Source: Candidatus Krumholzibacteriia bacterium (lineage in GTDB: Bacteria; Krumholzibacteriota; Krumholzibacteriia; JAJRXK01). Taken from it: a stretch of 64,000 nt of DNA. The stretch is from the NCBI GenBank assembly GCA_041484665.1, contig JBGPIA010000005.1:32001-96000 (forward strand), in the 5' to 3' direction. The translations under genes and the position numbers were made by a program. The notes beneath the pieces are model-generated. The model ran no database searches, was not told the origin of the DNA, and saw only the letters and a list, made by a program, of their open reading frames with translations. Every line of letters begins with the position of its first letter. Within the stretch, counting starts at the first letter, position 1. Positions 48,071 through 58,564 of this stretch are shown here, in pieces.

Positions 48071-48805
48071 ATGCAAGTCTTCCTGTTGGGCGAGCGGGCG
48101 CGCAGCGGCAACTCGATCTTCTGCGAGGGTCCCGAGGCGCACCACATCCTCAAGGTCCTGCGCCTACGTCCGGGAGACCCGCTGCTTTTCGCCGACGGAC
48201 ACGGGAGCTTCCTGCACGTGCGCATCGATCGCTGCGACGGACACAGCCTCCACGGCCAGATCGAGCGCGTCGAGGACGACGCGCGCGAAATAGGGGCGCC
48301 GCGCGCCACGTTGGCGTTGGCCCTGCTCAAGGGAGACCACTTCGACGTCGCGCTGGAGAAGGCCGTCGAGTTGGGCGTCCACCGGATCCTACCGCTGGCC
48401 GCCGAGCGCTGCGTGGTGCGTCTCGATGTGAAGGGGGCGCGCGCCAAGGTGGAGCGTTGGCAACGGGTCGTCGAGAGCGCGATGAAGCAGGCCGCGCGCT
48501 CGTGGCTGCCGCCGGTGGAGGAGCCCTGCGACCTGCGCGCGCTGCCGGAGCGCGTCGCGTCCGGCGTCCCCTGGATCGTGGGCGACGAGGAGGAGCGCGA
48601 GCGCACGGTGGAGCAGGCGTGCCCGCCAGCCGGCTCCCCCTTCCTGGCGATCGTCGGGCCCGAGGGAGGGTTCTCCCCCTCGGAGAAGCAGTGGCTGCGC
48701 CAGCAGGGGGCTGCCGCCGTAACCCTGTCGCCCTTCCGGCTGCGGGCCGAGACCGCTGCGATCGCCCTGCTGGCGCAGCTGTGCGCGCCACGAGGGGCTC
48801 CTTGA
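48071..48805 (+). CDS. rsmE: 16S rRNA m3U1498 methyltransferase
   Basis: HILKVLRL, EKAVELGV, AMKQA, VGPEGGFS, RLRAETA. Confidence 0.93.
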   Translation: MQVFLLGERARSGNSIFCEGPEAHHILKVLRLRPGDPLLFADGHGSFLHVRIDRCDGHSLHGQIERVEDDAREIGAPRATLALALLKGDHFDVALEKAVELGVHRILPLAAERCVVRLDVKGARAKVERWQRVVESAMKQAARSWLPPVEEPCDLRALPERVASGVPWIVGDEEERERTVEQACPPAGSPFLAIVGPEGGFSPSEKQWLRQQGAAAVTLSPFRLRAETAAIALLAQLCAPRGAP

Positions 48806-48831
48806 CCGCGGGCGGCGCCGCTGCCTAGACT
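48802..48831 (+). promoter_or_regulatory. Putative internal promoter of yqeY
   Basis: TTGACC-N18-TAGACT. Confidence 0.45.
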
Positions 48832-48876
48832 GCCCGACGTCCCCCTGCTGTCCGTACCGCCCGGGAGAGCCACGTC

Positions 48877-49329
48877 GTGAGCGACTCGCTGGCTGACCGC
48901 CTCCACGTCGACATGGTTGCCGCCATGAAGGCCAAGGACAAGGACCGCCTGTCGGTGCTGCGCATGCTCATCGCAGGCGTCAAGGACGCCGCCATCGAAA
49001 AGCGCGCGGCGCTCAAGGACGACGAGACCCTGCGCGTGCTGTCGGCCTACGCCAAGAAGCGCCAGGAGGCCCAGGCTGAGGCACGCAAGGCCGGCCGCGA
49101 CGAGCTGGCCGCGCGCGAGGAGTTCGAGCTCTCGGTCGTTCGCTCCTACTTGCCCCAGCCGCTCACCGATGCGCAACTGCAGGAGCTGGTGGATACCGTG
49201 GTGGTCGAGCTGGGCGCAGCCTCGATCAAGGACATGGGCCGGGTGATGAAGGCGTGTCTCGAGCGCGCCGCCGGACGTGCCGACGGCTCGCGTCTCAACC
49301 CGCTGGTCAAGGCGCGACTGGGCGGGTGA
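48877..49329 (+). CDS. yqeY: GatB/YqeY domain protein
   Basis: AMKAKD..LSVLRML, YLPQPL, KDMGRVM, GRADG. Confidence 0.92.
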   Translation: MSDSLADRLHVDMVAAMKAKDKDRLSVLRMLIAGVKDAAIEKRAALKDDETLRVLSAYAKKRQEAQAEARKAGRDELAAREEFELSVVRSYLPQPLTDAQLQELVDTVVVELGAASIKDMGRVMKACLERAAGRADGSRLNPLVKARLGG

Positions 49330-49351
49330 GGGTGCGCACCGCGCGCTCGCC

Positions 49352-49903
49352 ATGCATCTGGTCTTGGGCGCCGTCCTGCTGCTGCTCGCCTTCTTCGTCG
49401 TGCAGGGGTTCCGTGAGGGCGTGATCCGCCGCGTCCTGGAGATCGCGGGGCTTTTGGCCATCTTCCTGTTCGCCTCGCGTCTGGCCGACCTGCTGGAGCC
49501 GCGCCTGACGCGCTGGCTCTCCATCTCGCCCACGCTGGCCTTCTTCGCTGCCTGGACCGTCGTGCTGCTCGCAGGCGTGATCGTGGTGCGCATGGTGGCC
49601 CTGGCCATGTCCAAACTGCTCGCGTTCTCGGTGATCGGGTGGCTGGACCGGCTGGGTGGAGCGGTGCTGGGCGCCGCGTTCGGCTGCTTCGTCGCGAGCT
49701 GCCTGCTCCTGATGCTGGTCGCCTCCCGTGCGGATGAGGGGTTCAAGCAGGAGGTCATGCACAACCCGGTGACCGGGCGGCTGCTGCGCGTCGCGCCAGC
49801 CGTCTACGACGCGGCCCGCGCCGTGTGGGGCGGCGAGCCCTTCGAGAAGGTGGCGCGCCTGCGCCTGGAGCCCGCGCTGCGCAGGGCGGTCTCCGGGAAC
49901 TGA
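49352..49903 (+). CDS. cvpA: CvpA (colicin V production) family membrane protein
   Basis: GFREGVIR, LDRLGGAVLG. Upstream of mutS2. Confidence 0.8.
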   Translation: MHLVLGAVLLLLAFFVVQGFREGVIRRVLEIAGLLAIFLFASRLADLLEPRLTRWLSISPTLAFFAAWTVVLLAGVIVVRMVALAMSKLLAFSVIGWLDRLGGAVLGAAFGCFVASCLLLMLVASRADEGFKQEVMHNPVTGRLLRVAPAVYDAARAVWGGEPFEKVARLRLEPALRRAVSGN

Positions 49904-50001
49904 GCCTCGGCGGGCGCCGCACCGGTTGCCGCAGGGTGCCGCGGCGGGGGTGCCCGCATCGCCCGCATCACCGCCAGCCGATCGTTCGCGAGGGCCGTGC
50001 C

Positions 50002-52533
50002 GTGAGCCTGCTCGCAACCGCCCAGGGACGCCGCGCCGCGCGCCTGCTCGAGCTGCCCGCCGTGCTGCGCCTGGTGGCCAATCGCTGCGCCACGCAGCGC
50101 GGGCGCGAGCAGCTGTTGGCCCTGGAGCCGCTGACCGATCCAGAGGCGCTGGCCGACCTGTGGGCCCACGTGCGCGAGCTGATGCTCCTGACGGAGCAAG
50201 GCGGCGGCCTCCCGCTGGGCGACTTGCTCGAGCTGCGCGCGGCGATCGGGCCGGACCGCCCGCACGCCGGGCCGCTCGACCCGCCGGTCCTGGCTGGCAT
50301 CGGTGCGGCCTGCCTGTCGCTGGCCACGGTGCGCGAGGCCGTCCTGGCCCTTGGGCCGCGCCTGCCGCGCAGCGCCGCGCTGCTGGCCAGCACCGCCTCT
50401 CCACGCGCTCTGGGCGTGCACCTCGCCGCCGCGCTCGAGCCCGACGGGCGCATCAAGGATGGCGCGAGCCCGAAGCTGGCCGCCCTGCGCCGCGCGGTGA
50501 CGGCCGCCGCGGTGCGCGTGCGCGAAGTGGCGCGCCGCGAGATGGCGCGCGCGGTGGAGCACGAATGGGCCGGCGGTCCCGAGCTGGTGCTGCGCGGGGA
50601 GCGCTACTGCATCCCGGTGACGGCGCGCCACCGCCGCCACGTGGCCGGCGTGATGCACGACCGCTCCGAAACCGGTGCGACGATCTTCGTCGAGCCGCTG
50701 GCCGTGGTCGAGGCGGCCAACGAGCTGCAGGAGGCACGGCTCAGCGCGCAGGAGGAGGAGCGCCGGATCATCGCCGCGCTCAACCAGGAGATCGCCGGCC
50801 GCGCGCCCGAGCTGCTCGCGCTCTACGAGCGCGTCGTCGTCCTGGACGCTGTGCGGGCGCGGGCGCTGTGGGGCGTGCACGAGGGAGGATGGGCCCCGCA
50901 GCTGCTGGCGCCCGGCAGCGGTGTGCTCGCCCTGTCGGGGTTCCGTCATCCGCTGCTCAACGCGGGGCTCGCCGCGGCGGGGCGGGCGCACGAGCTCATC
51001 CCGCTGGACCTCGAGCTCGGGCCCTCCGACCGCGTCCTGCTCGTCAGCGGACCCAACGCCGGCGGCAAAACGGTGGCGATGAAAGCGGTCGGGCTGGCGG
51101 TGCTCATGGCCCAATCGGGGATCCCGCTCCCGGCGCGGGCCGCGCCGCGGCTGACTCTCCAGGAGCGGGTGCTGATGGACCTGGGCGACGAGCAGTCCAT
51201 CGCCGACGCCCTGAGCAGCTTCAGCGCGCACCTGACCAACCTGCGCGAGATCGTGAAGCTGGCGAACGCCAGCTCGCTGGTGCTGCTGGACGAGGTGGGG
51301 GGCGGAACCGATCCGGAGGAGGGCATCGCGCTGGCGCGCGCCGTGCTCGAGACGCTTGTGGCGCGCAGAGCGACGACGGTGGCGACCACGCACTACGGGC
51401 AGCTCAAGGCGATGATCCACCAGGCGCCGGGGTTCCGCAACGCGAGCATGGCTTACGACGCGCAGGAGTTGCGGCCCCGCTTCCAGCTCGTGCTGGACGT
51501 ACCCGGCAGCAGCCACGCCCTGGAGATCGCCCAGCGCATCGGGCTGCCCGCCGAGATCGTGGAGCGAGCGCGCGCCCTGGTGGGGGACGAGACGCTGCGC
51601 CTGGACGCGTTGCTGTCCGAGATGGAAGCGCAGCGCGCTGCGCTGGCCGCGGCGCTCGCAGAGGCGGAGCAGCAGGCACTGGCCGCTCGGCATACCCGCC
51701 AGCACTACGAGGCGCTGGCGGCCGAGGTGCGGCAAACCCGCCGCCAGCGCCTCGACGAGGCGCAGCGCCAGGCTGCAGGCATCGTGCGTGGCGCGCGGGC
51801 GCGCATCGAGCGGCTGCTGGCGCAGATGCGCTCCGCCGCCGAGCGCGAGGCCGCGCAGCGGGAAACCGCGCGGCGGGACACGGGCGCGGGAGCGGGTGCA
51901 GACGCGGGCGCTGCGGCGGGCGCGGGCTTGGTCCCGGGCGCCGCACCGGCGAGCAGCCCGGGACGCGACACTCTGGCGGCAGCGGCGGAGCGAGCGCGCG
52001 CCGAGGCGGACGCGCTCGCGGAGCAGCTTGACCGCGAGCTGTCCGGGCGAGCTGCCCGCGCTGCGGCGCTGTCCCCGGCGCGGCTGCTCGCGGGCGAGTG
52101 GGTGCTGCACCGGGGCCTGGGCAAGGAGGGCCGGATCGTGGCGGTGCGCGGCGGCCGCGTGACCCTGGAGGTGGATGGGCTGCGCGTGGTCGCTGGCCCG
52201 GACGATCTAGCGGCGGCCGCGCCCGCCGACCCTGCCGACTCGCCGCCGCAGGCCGGCCAGGTGCGGGCATTGCTCACCGACCTCCCACGTGGACCCGCCG
52301 TCCAGATCGACGTGCGCGGCAGGGACGTCGAGGACGCGTGGGACGCCGTGGACAAGGAGCTTGACCGCTGCGTTGCGGCGGGGGTCGCGACCGTGGAGGT
52401 CATCCACGGCAAGGGCACCGGCCGGTTGCGCCGGGGGCTCGCCGAGCGCCTCCAGCGCGACCCGCGGGTGCGCGGCGCGCAGTTGGGCGGTGAGGGCGGA
52501 GCCGACGACGGCTGCACCGTCGTGCGGCTCTGA
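50002..52533 (+). CDS. mutS2: Endonuclease MutS2
   Basis: HDRSETGATIFVEP, SGPNAGGKT, GDEQSI..LSSFSAH, LDEVGGGTDP. Smr domain IHGKGTG. Confidence 0.95.
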   Translation: MSLLATAQGRRAARLLELPAVLRLVANRCATQRGREQLLALEPLTDPEALADLWAHVRELMLLTEQGGGLPLGDLLELRAAIGPDRPHAGPLDPPVLAGIGAACLSLATVREAVLALGPRLPRSAALLASTASPRALGVHLAAALEPDGRIKDGASPKLAALRRAVTAAAVRVREVARREMARAVEHEWAGGPELVLRGERYCIPVTARHRRHVAGVMHDRSETGATIFVEPLAVVEAANELQEARLSAQEEERRIIAALNQEIAGRAPELLALYERVVVLDAVRARALWGVHEGGWAPQLLAPGSGVLALSGFRHPLLNAGLAAAGRAHELIPLDLELGPSDRVLLVSGPNAGGKTVAMKAVGLAVLMAQSGIPLPARAAPRLTLQERVLMDLGDEQSIADALSSFSAHLTNLREIVKLANASSLVLLDEVGGGTDPEEGIALARAVLETLVARRATTVATTHYGQLKAMIHQAPGFRNASMAYDAQELRPRFQLVLDVPGSSHALEIAQRIGLPAEIVERARALVGDETLRLDALLSEMEAQRAALAAALAEAEQQALAARHTRQHYEALAAEVRQTRRQRLDEAQRQAAGIVRGARARIERLLAQMRSAAEREAAQRETARRDTGAGAGADAGAAAGAGLVPGAAPASSPGRDTLAAAAERARAEADALAEQLDRELSGRAARAAALSPARLLAGEWVLHRGLGKEGRIVAVRGGRVTLEVDGLRVVAGPDDLAAAAPADPADSPPQAGQVRALLTDLPRGPAVQIDVRGRDVEDAWDAVDKELDRCVAAGVATVEVIHGKGTGRLRRGLAERLQRDPRVRGAQLGGEGGADDGCTVVRL

Positions 52534-52639
52534 GCGGCGGCGTCGCGCGCCCCTGGCCACGGGCTCCCGCCCCTCCTAGATTGGGGATGTCCACGCCTCA
52601 ACGCACGCTCCGGCTCTCTCGCGGTCGACGCTGCCACGC

Positions 52640-54385
52640 ATGGGACGGATTCCCGAGGACGTCATCGAGAAGGTTCGCGAGGAGACCGCGATCGAGGAGG
52701 TCGTCGGCCACTTCCTCCGTCTGCAACGCAGTGGCACGTCGTTCAAGGCCCTCTGCCCGTTCCACCAGGAGAAGACCCCCAGCTTCCACGTCAACCCCCA
52801 GCGGCAGATCTTCTACTGCTTCGGATGCCATCGCGGCGGGGACGTGTTCCGATTCCTGATGGACCGCGAGGGGATGTCCTACCCTGAGGCGATCGAGTGG
52901 TGTGCGAGCCGGCTGGGGCTCGACGTGTCGCGCTACGCGCACGAGGAGGGCTCCGCTCCCGACGGGCGTGCAACGGTGCTGGCGGCCAATGCCTGGGCCG
53001 CCGGCTGGTTCAAGGAGCGCCTCGGCGCGCCGCGGGGCGCGGCGGCCCGCGAGTACGTGCGGGCGCGCGGGCTGCGCCCGGAAACCATCGACGTGTTCGG
53101 CCTGGGGCTCTCCGCCCCGGCAGGGGACGATGCCACCGAGCTGTTGGTCGCGGCCAAGGCGGCGGGCCACGATGCCGAGACGTTGCTGTTGGCGGGGCTG
53201 CTCATGCGGCGCGACAACCGGGGCCCCTTGGCCTATTTCCGGGGCCGTCTTATATTTCCGATCCGAGGTGTCGCGCAGAAGGTCCTGGGTTTCGGCGGCC
53301 GAATCCTCGGGGCGGGCGAGCCCAAGTACCTGAATTCTCCGGAAACCACAGTCTTCCAGAAGCGCCGCGTGCTGTACGCCCTGGCCGAGGCGCGAGCGAG
53401 CATCGTCCGCAAGCGGAGCGCCATCCTCGTCGAGGGGTACGTGGACGCCCTCGCCCTGCACCAGGCGGGGTGGACGCAGACCGTGGCCACCTGCGGCACC
53501 GCGCTGGCGCCCGAGCAGGCGGCCCTGCTGGCCCGCTACGCGGACACCGTGGTGCTGCTGCTGGACGGCGACGCGGCTGGACGCAAGGCTGCGTTCCGCG
53601 CTGCCGATGTGGCGCTGGCCGCCGGGCTGGACGTGCGGATCGGACGGCTGGCGGGGGGCAGGGACCCGGCGGATCTGGTGCAGGCCGACGAGCGCGAGAC
53701 GCTGCGCGTCGCGATCGAGCAGGCGCCCGATCTCGTGCACCGGTTGGCGCAGGTCGTGCAGGAGCGCGAAGGGGGACGGGAAGTGAAGGAGCGGGCGCTC
53801 GCGCATTTGAAGACCACGCTCGCGGCCGTCCGCGACCCGGTGCGCGCCGACCTGATGGCCGAGGAGGCGGAGAAGGTGCTGGGAATCAAGGCGGCGCTCC
53901 TGCGCGATCAGACCGCTCGCCGCACCCAGCCGCAGGCTGCCCAAAGCGAGCGTGCCCACGACGCCGATCCCGGGGTCGTCCTGGAGCGCACGGTCCTCCG
54001 CCTGGCGCTGGCCTCCTCCGACGCGCGTGCCCTGCTGTTCACCCGTCTGGGCGCCGCCGACCTGGTCGATCCCCTGGCAAGCGAGCTGTTCAGGGCGCTC
54101 CACCAGCGCGGTGACGCGGCGGGCGCCGTGAACGCGTCATTGCTGGACGGGCTCTCCCCGCCGGCGCAGGCGTTTGCCGCCCACTTGATGATGGACCTGC
54201 CCACCGGGCTGCCCGACGCGGTCGCCGAGCTCTCGGCCGCGCTGGACGCCCTGAGCCGCCGGTCGCGCCGTGCAGAGGAGACGCTGCGGCGCACGCGCAT
54301 GAACGAGCAGTACGCATGGGGGGATGGCGACTGGCGCAGCGAGCTCGCGCGGCGCGAAGCCCAGGGCGACGATCCCACCCGCTGA
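52640..54385 (+). CDS. dnaG: DNA primase
   Basis: [35 protein letters not shown]. Confidence 0.96.
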   Translation: MGRIPEDVIEKVREETAIEEVVGHFLRLQRSGTSFKALCPFHQEKTPSFHVNPQRQIFYCFGCHRGGDVFRFLMDREGMSYPEAIEWCASRLGLDVSRYAHEEGSAPDGRATVLAANAWAAGWFKERLGAPRGAAAREYVRARGLRPETIDVFGLGLSAPAGDDATELLVAAKAAGHDAETLLLAGLLMRRDNRGPLAYFRGRLIFPIRGVAQKVLGFGGRILGAGEPKYLNSPETTVFQKRRVLYALAEARASIVRKRSAILVEGYVDALALHQAGWTQTVATCGTALAPEQAALLARYADTVVLLLDGDAAGRKAAFRAADVALAAGLDVRIGRLAGGRDPADLVQADERETLRVAIEQAPDLVHRLAQVVQEREGGREVKERALAHLKTTLAAVRDPVRADLMAEEAEKVLGIKAALLRDQTARRTQPQAAQSERAHDADPGVVLERTVLRLALASSDARALLFTRLGAADLVDPLASELFRALHQRGDAAGAVNASLLDGLSPPAQAFAAHLMMDLPTGLPDAVAELSAALDALSRRSRRAEETLRRTRMNEQYAWGDGDWRSELARREAQGDDPTR

Positions 54386-54452
54386 TCATTCTGGCTGGCC
54401 GCCGGGCGGCGGCAGGACCCTCAGCTACGGCCCACAAAGGACGCACGCCGAG

Positions 54453-56207
54453 ATGAAGAAAGCGCAGTTCACCGGGTTGATCGAGGACCTCAAGAAGAAG
54501 GCCAAGGATCGCGGCGGCTACGTTCTCCACGACGAGATCAATTCGCTCTTGGCCGACGAGTTCGACATCCAGGAGCTCGACAAGATCTACGACAAACTCG
54601 CGCAGCTGAAGATCGAGTTCTTTGACGACGAGTCGGCGGCGAAGAAGAAGATGGAGGCGCGCGAGCGCCGACGGATCAAGAAGCTCAAAGCCGAGCGCAA
54701 GGCGGCGCGCGCCAGCATCAAGTACGACGACCCCGTGCGCATGTACCTGCGGGAGATGGGCAAGGTCCCGCTGCTGGACCGCGAGGGCGAGGTCCGCCTG
54801 GCCAAACAGATGGAGGAAGGGCACCTGCGCATCATCCGCGCCATCCTCCAGTCGAGCAACACGCGCGTCGAGCTGCGCCAGCTCGCCGACCGACTGGGAC
54901 GCGAGACCATGGTGGTAGACGAGGTCATCCAGACCGATGCCAGCACCTGGTCCATGAATGTCACTCCGCGCAAGGAGAGCCTGCGCATCAGCCGCGTCGT
55001 GGACCACATCGAGCAGTGGCGCGAGGAGATCACCAAGGAGCGCAAGGAGCTGGCGAAGAACCCGGCGGCCGCCCGGGCCAACACCCTCGAGAAGATGGTC
55101 GTCGCCCGCGAGGAGAAGATCGTCTCAGAGTTCTGCAGCCTCAAGCTCACCAACCAGCAGATTGAGTCCATGGCCAACTCGCTGCGCGTCGTGCTGCAGA
55201 AGATCGACGACACGCAGGCGCAGATCCGTCAGTGCGAGGACTTCGTTGGCATGGACCTCAAATCGCTCAATGCCGCGATCAAGGACCTGTCCGGAGACCG
55301 CGTGCGGGCGCTGAAAGTGCCGGGCAAGGGAGAGTTCGAGCGCAAGGACCTGGTGGAGATCCAGCAGAAGATCCGTACGCTGCGCGGGCGCAACAAGAAG
55401 ATCGAGGACGAGATCGGTCTGAAGACCGAGCGCCTGGAGGCGCTGGTGGGCGAGATCGACGCCGGCGAGCGCCAGCTCGAGAAGGCCGTCCGCCAGATGA
55501 TCGAGGCCAACGTGCGCCTGGTCATCTCCATCGCCAAGCGCTACACGAACCGTGGTCTGGAGTTCCTCGACCTGATCCAGGAGGGCAACAGCGGTCTGAT
55601 GCGGGCGGTGGAGAAGTTCGACTACCGCAAGGGCTACAAGTTCTCCACCTACGCGACGTGGTGGATCCGCCAGGCGATCACCCGCGCCATCGCCGACCAG
55701 GCGCGCACGATCCGCGTGCCGGTGCACATGATCGAGGCCATCAACAAGGTGAACCGCGTGAGCCGCCAGCTGCTGCAGGAGCTGGGGCGCGACCCCACGC
55801 CGGCCGAGGTGGCCCGGCGTCTGGACATGCCGGTGGACAAGGTGAAGAGCGTGATGAAGGCGAGCCTGGAGCCGGTCTCGCTCGACCGTCCCATCGGCGA
55901 GGACGAGGACAGCAATCTGGGCGATTTCATCGAGGACACCTCCGCCCCTAGCCCGGCGCGCCAGGCCGCCCACGCGATGCTGCAGGACCGCATGAGCCGC
56001 GTACTCTCCACGCTCACACGGCGCGAGGAGAAGGTGATCCGTCTGCGCTTCGGGCTGGGCGATGGCACGCCGCGCACGCTGGAGGAGGTCGGGACGATTT
56101 TCAAGGTGACCCGCGAGCGCGTGCGGCAGATCGAGGCGAAGGCGCTGCGCAAGCTGCGCCACCCTAGCCGCAGCCGTAAGCTCAAGGGGTACACGGAGAT
56201 CATTTGA
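54453..56207 (+). CDS. rpoD: Primary sigma factor sigma70
   Basis: [48 protein letters not shown]. Confidence 0.97.
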   Translation: MKKAQFTGLIEDLKKKAKDRGGYVLHDEINSLLADEFDIQELDKIYDKLAQLKIEFFDDESAAKKKMEARERRRIKKLKAERKAARASIKYDDPVRMYLREMGKVPLLDREGEVRLAKQMEEGHLRIIRAILQSSNTRVELRQLADRLGRETMVVDEVIQTDASTWSMNVTPRKESLRISRVVDHIEQWREEITKERKELAKNPAAARANTLEKMVVAREEKIVSEFCSLKLTNQQIESMANSLRVVLQKIDDTQAQIRQCEDFVGMDLKSLNAAIKDLSGDRVRALKVPGKGEFERKDLVEIQQKIRTLRGRNKKIEDEIGLKTERLEALVGEIDAGERQLEKAVRQMIEANVRLVISIAKRYTNRGLEFLDLIQEGNSGLMRAVEKFDYRKGYKFSTYATWWIRQAITRAIADQARTIRVPVHMIEAINKVNRVSRQLLQELGRDPTPAEVARRLDMPVDKVKSVMKASLEPVSLDRPIGEDEDSNLGDFIEDTSAPSPARQAAHAMLQDRMSRVLSTLTRREEKVIRLRFGLGDGTPRTLEEVGTIFKVTRERVRQIEAKALRKLRHPSRSRKLKGYTEII

Positions 56208-56249
56208 TGCGCGCGCGCTGCGCTTGCCAGGCGTCGGCGGCGGTTGGGG

Positions 56250-56278
56250 TTGACCGACCCTGGGGCCGATGATAAGTT
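56250..56278 (+). promoter_or_regulatory. tRNA promoter
   Basis: TTGACC-N17-TAAGTT with an extended TG. Confidence 0.55.
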
Positions 56279-56297
56279 GTCAGTTCCCGGTTTCGGC

Positions 56298-56371
56298 GGG
56301 CCCATAGCTCAGGCGGTAAGAGCAGCCGGCTCATAACCGGTCGGTCGCAGGTTCGAGTCCTGCTGGGCCCA
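56298..56371 (+). tRNA. tRNA with CAT anticodon, most likely tRNA-Ile2 (lysidine); CCA not encoded
   Basis: Acceptor GGGCCCA/TGGGCCC (no C1:A72 mismatch). Arm GCCGG-CTCATAA-CCGGT lacks the initiator GGG/CCC. Downstream of rpoD, like E. coli ileX. Confidence 0.85.
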
Positions 56372-56381
56372 GGTCCGGGGT

Positions 56382-56458
56382 GGGCGATTAGCTCAGCTGG
56401 CCAGAGCGCTCGCCTCACACGCGAGAGGTCACTGGTTCAAGTCCAGTATCGCCCACCA
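56382..56458 (+). tRNA. tRNA-Val (CAC)
   Basis: Acceptor GGGCGAT/ATCGCCC. Arm CTCGC-CTCACAC-GCGAG. CCA encoded. Confidence 0.96.
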
Positions 56459-56516
56459 TGGCCGGTCCTGGGCTGCAGCAGATGATCCGTCACCGTCGAG
56501 AGGTGAAGAGGCGTTC

Positions 56517-57290
56517 GTGACAGCTGCCGATCCCAGCGTCCTCAGCCAGCTCGTCGCGTACGACCGCAAAGTCGGCGAGCTGGAGCAGTCCCTGGAAGCC
56601 GGCCGCCGCAAGATCTCCGACCTCGACGCCCTGGAGGCCGAGGTGGCGGCCGCGCACGAGGCCGCCAAGGCGCGCCTCACCGATACCCGCCTCAGCGTCC
56701 GGCGCACCGAGGCGGAGATCGCCGACCTCAAGCGCCAGGCTGCGCTGCACAAGGGCCACCTGAGCGACATCTCCGACACGCGCGAGTGGCGTGCGCTCAA
56801 CGAGGAGATCCGCTACATCCAGCGTCAGATCGAGGAGCGGGAGGAAGCTACTCTCGCCTCGATGGAGCAGGCCGAGAAGGCCCAGGCGGTCGTGGGCGAG
56901 GCTGCCGCTGCGCTGGAGACCAAGCGCGCCGAGGTCGCGGTCCTCAAGTCCCAACTCGTGGCCGAGCGCGAGCGCCAGGCGCAGGAGCTGGAGCGCGCGC
57001 GGGCGTTGCGCGACCAGTTCGTGCGGGGGATGCCGCCCGTGACGCTGCGCTTCTACGAGCGCCTGGCCGCCCGCCAGCCAATGCCGATCGTCTGGCTGTG
57101 GGAGAGCGCCTGCAGCTTTTGCCACCATCGCCTGACGCCCCAGTCGCAGATCGCGGTCAAGCGCGGCCAGTCGATCGTCACCTGCGAGAGCTGTGGCCGG
57201 ATCGTCGTGGCTCCCCCCGCCAACGGCGCTCCTCGCGATACCGCGCAGGGCCCCCAGGGCGTGGCGGGAGGCGCTCCGGAGGCAGCGTGA
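56517..57290 (+). CDS. Coiled-coil + C4 zinc-ribbon protein (DUF164/CT398-like)
   Basis: Long heptad region, then ACSFCH..IVTCESCGRIV. Confidence 0.88.
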   Translation: MTAADPSVLSQLVAYDRKVGELEQSLEAGRRKISDLDALEAEVAAAHEAAKARLTDTRLSVRRTEAEIADLKRQAALHKGHLSDISDTREWRALNEEIRYIQRQIEEREEATLASMEQAEKAQAVVGEAAAALETKRAEVAVLKSQLVAERERQAQELERARALRDQFVRGMPPVTLRFYERLAARQPMPIVWLWESACSFCHHRLTPQSQIAVKRGQSIVTCESCGRIVVAPPANGAPRDTAQGPQGVAGGAPEAA

Positions 57291-58009
57291 GCGCTTCTGA
57301 CGCGGAGGAACTGCTGCGGCGGCTCGCCGCGGGGGCTGCACTGGCGAAGGCGGCGCGGGCGGCGGGCTTCCCCTCCACCGCGGCAGCGTCGGCTGCCCTG
57401 CTGCGGCTCGCCGACCGGGTCCCCTCAATCTCGCCAGATTCCGACGCCTCCCCCGGTGGTGGCACTGGCGTTGCCAGCGGCGAGCGCGCTGCACGCCCCA
57501 CCGCTACCAGCAACGCACTCGGGTCGCGCGCCGGGCGAGCGACCACCCTGCCACCCGCTCCCCCCGTGCAGAACCCGTATCCGCCGGGGTCCGAGGCGGT
57601 CGTCCTCGCCGACGGCGCCTGCCGTGGGAATCCCGGCCCGGCGGCCTATGGGTGCGCTTACGCGGACGCGGCCGGACGCATGCTCTGTGGCGAGGGAGTG
57701 GCGATCGGCCACGCGACCAACAACGTGGCGGAATACCGCGGCGCCATCGCGGCACTCGAGCGCCTTTCTGGCTGGGGCGTACGCCGCGCCGTGCTGCGGC
57801 TGGACAGCCAGCTGGTCGTCCGCCAGGTCACGGGCGCCTACCGGGTGAAGGACCCCGTTCTCCAGCAGCTCCATGGAACGCTCGTGCAGCGCGTGCGAGC
57901 GTTCGAACGCCTGCAGGTCGAGCACGTGCCGCGGGCGCAGAACGCCGTGGCCGATGCCCTGGCCAATCACGCCCTGGACCAGGCGCAGGGCGGGCGCGCG
58001 AGTCGCTGA
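57287..58009 (+). CDS. rnhA: Ribonuclease HI (archaeal-like) with N-terminal extension
   Basis: ADGACRGNPGPA, ATNNVAEYRG, DSQLVVRQ, HVPRAQN..ADALAN. Confidence 0.92.
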   Translation: MSASDAEELLRRLAAGAALAKAARAAGFPSTAAASAALLRLADRVPSISPDSDASPGGGTGVASGERAARPTATSNALGSRAGRATTLPPAPPVQNPYPPGSEAVVLADGACRGNPGPAAYGCAYADAAGRMLCGEGVAIGHATNNVAEYRGAIAALERLSGWGVRRAVLRLDSQLVVRQVTGAYRVKDPVLQQLHGTLVQRVRAFERLQVEHVPRAQNAVADALANHALDQAQGGRASR

Positions 58010-58084
58010 GCGCACGTGTGCAGGCCCGGGCGCGCTGGCCAAGCGCCGCGGCCCGCGATAGACTGGGAACTGTAAACTCCCATT

Positions 58085-58475
58085 CGAGCCGGAGTTGGAC
58101 AGACGGCCGCGCGCCCCGCTTGCCGGGACGCGAGGAAAGTCCGAGCACCATCGGGCAGGATGCTGGGTAACGCCCAGTGGGAGCGATCCCAAGGAAAGTG
58201 CCACAGAGAACAGACCGCCCAAGCTCCGCGCAAGCGGAGACGGCAAGGGTGAAACGGCGGGGTAAGAGCCCACCGCCTTCCCGGTGACGGGAAGGGCACG
58301 GTAAACCCCATCCGGTGCAAGACCAAATAGGGGAGGAGAGGCGGCCCGTCTCGCTCGACTCCCGGGTAGGTCGCTGGAGGCCGCGGGCAACCGCGGTTCG
58401 AGAGAAATGGTCGTCGCCGACGGCTCCGCGAGGGGCCGGCGGAACAGAACTCGGCTTACGGACGGCTCCGGCTCG
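58085..58475 (+). ncRNA. rnpB: RNase P RNA, type A
   Basis: GAGGAAAGTCC, GGAAAGTGCCACAGA, GGGTGAAACGG, GGTAAACCCC, ACAGAACTCGGCTTA. P1 gagccggagt/gctccggctc. Confidence 0.97.
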
Positions 58476-58564
58476 AAGTATCTTCGTGCCTCCGCTGCCG
58501 GCGACGTGCCCCACGGTGGGACACCGTGCGGCGGCAACGGCAGTGCATCGCGAGAAGGAACGCC

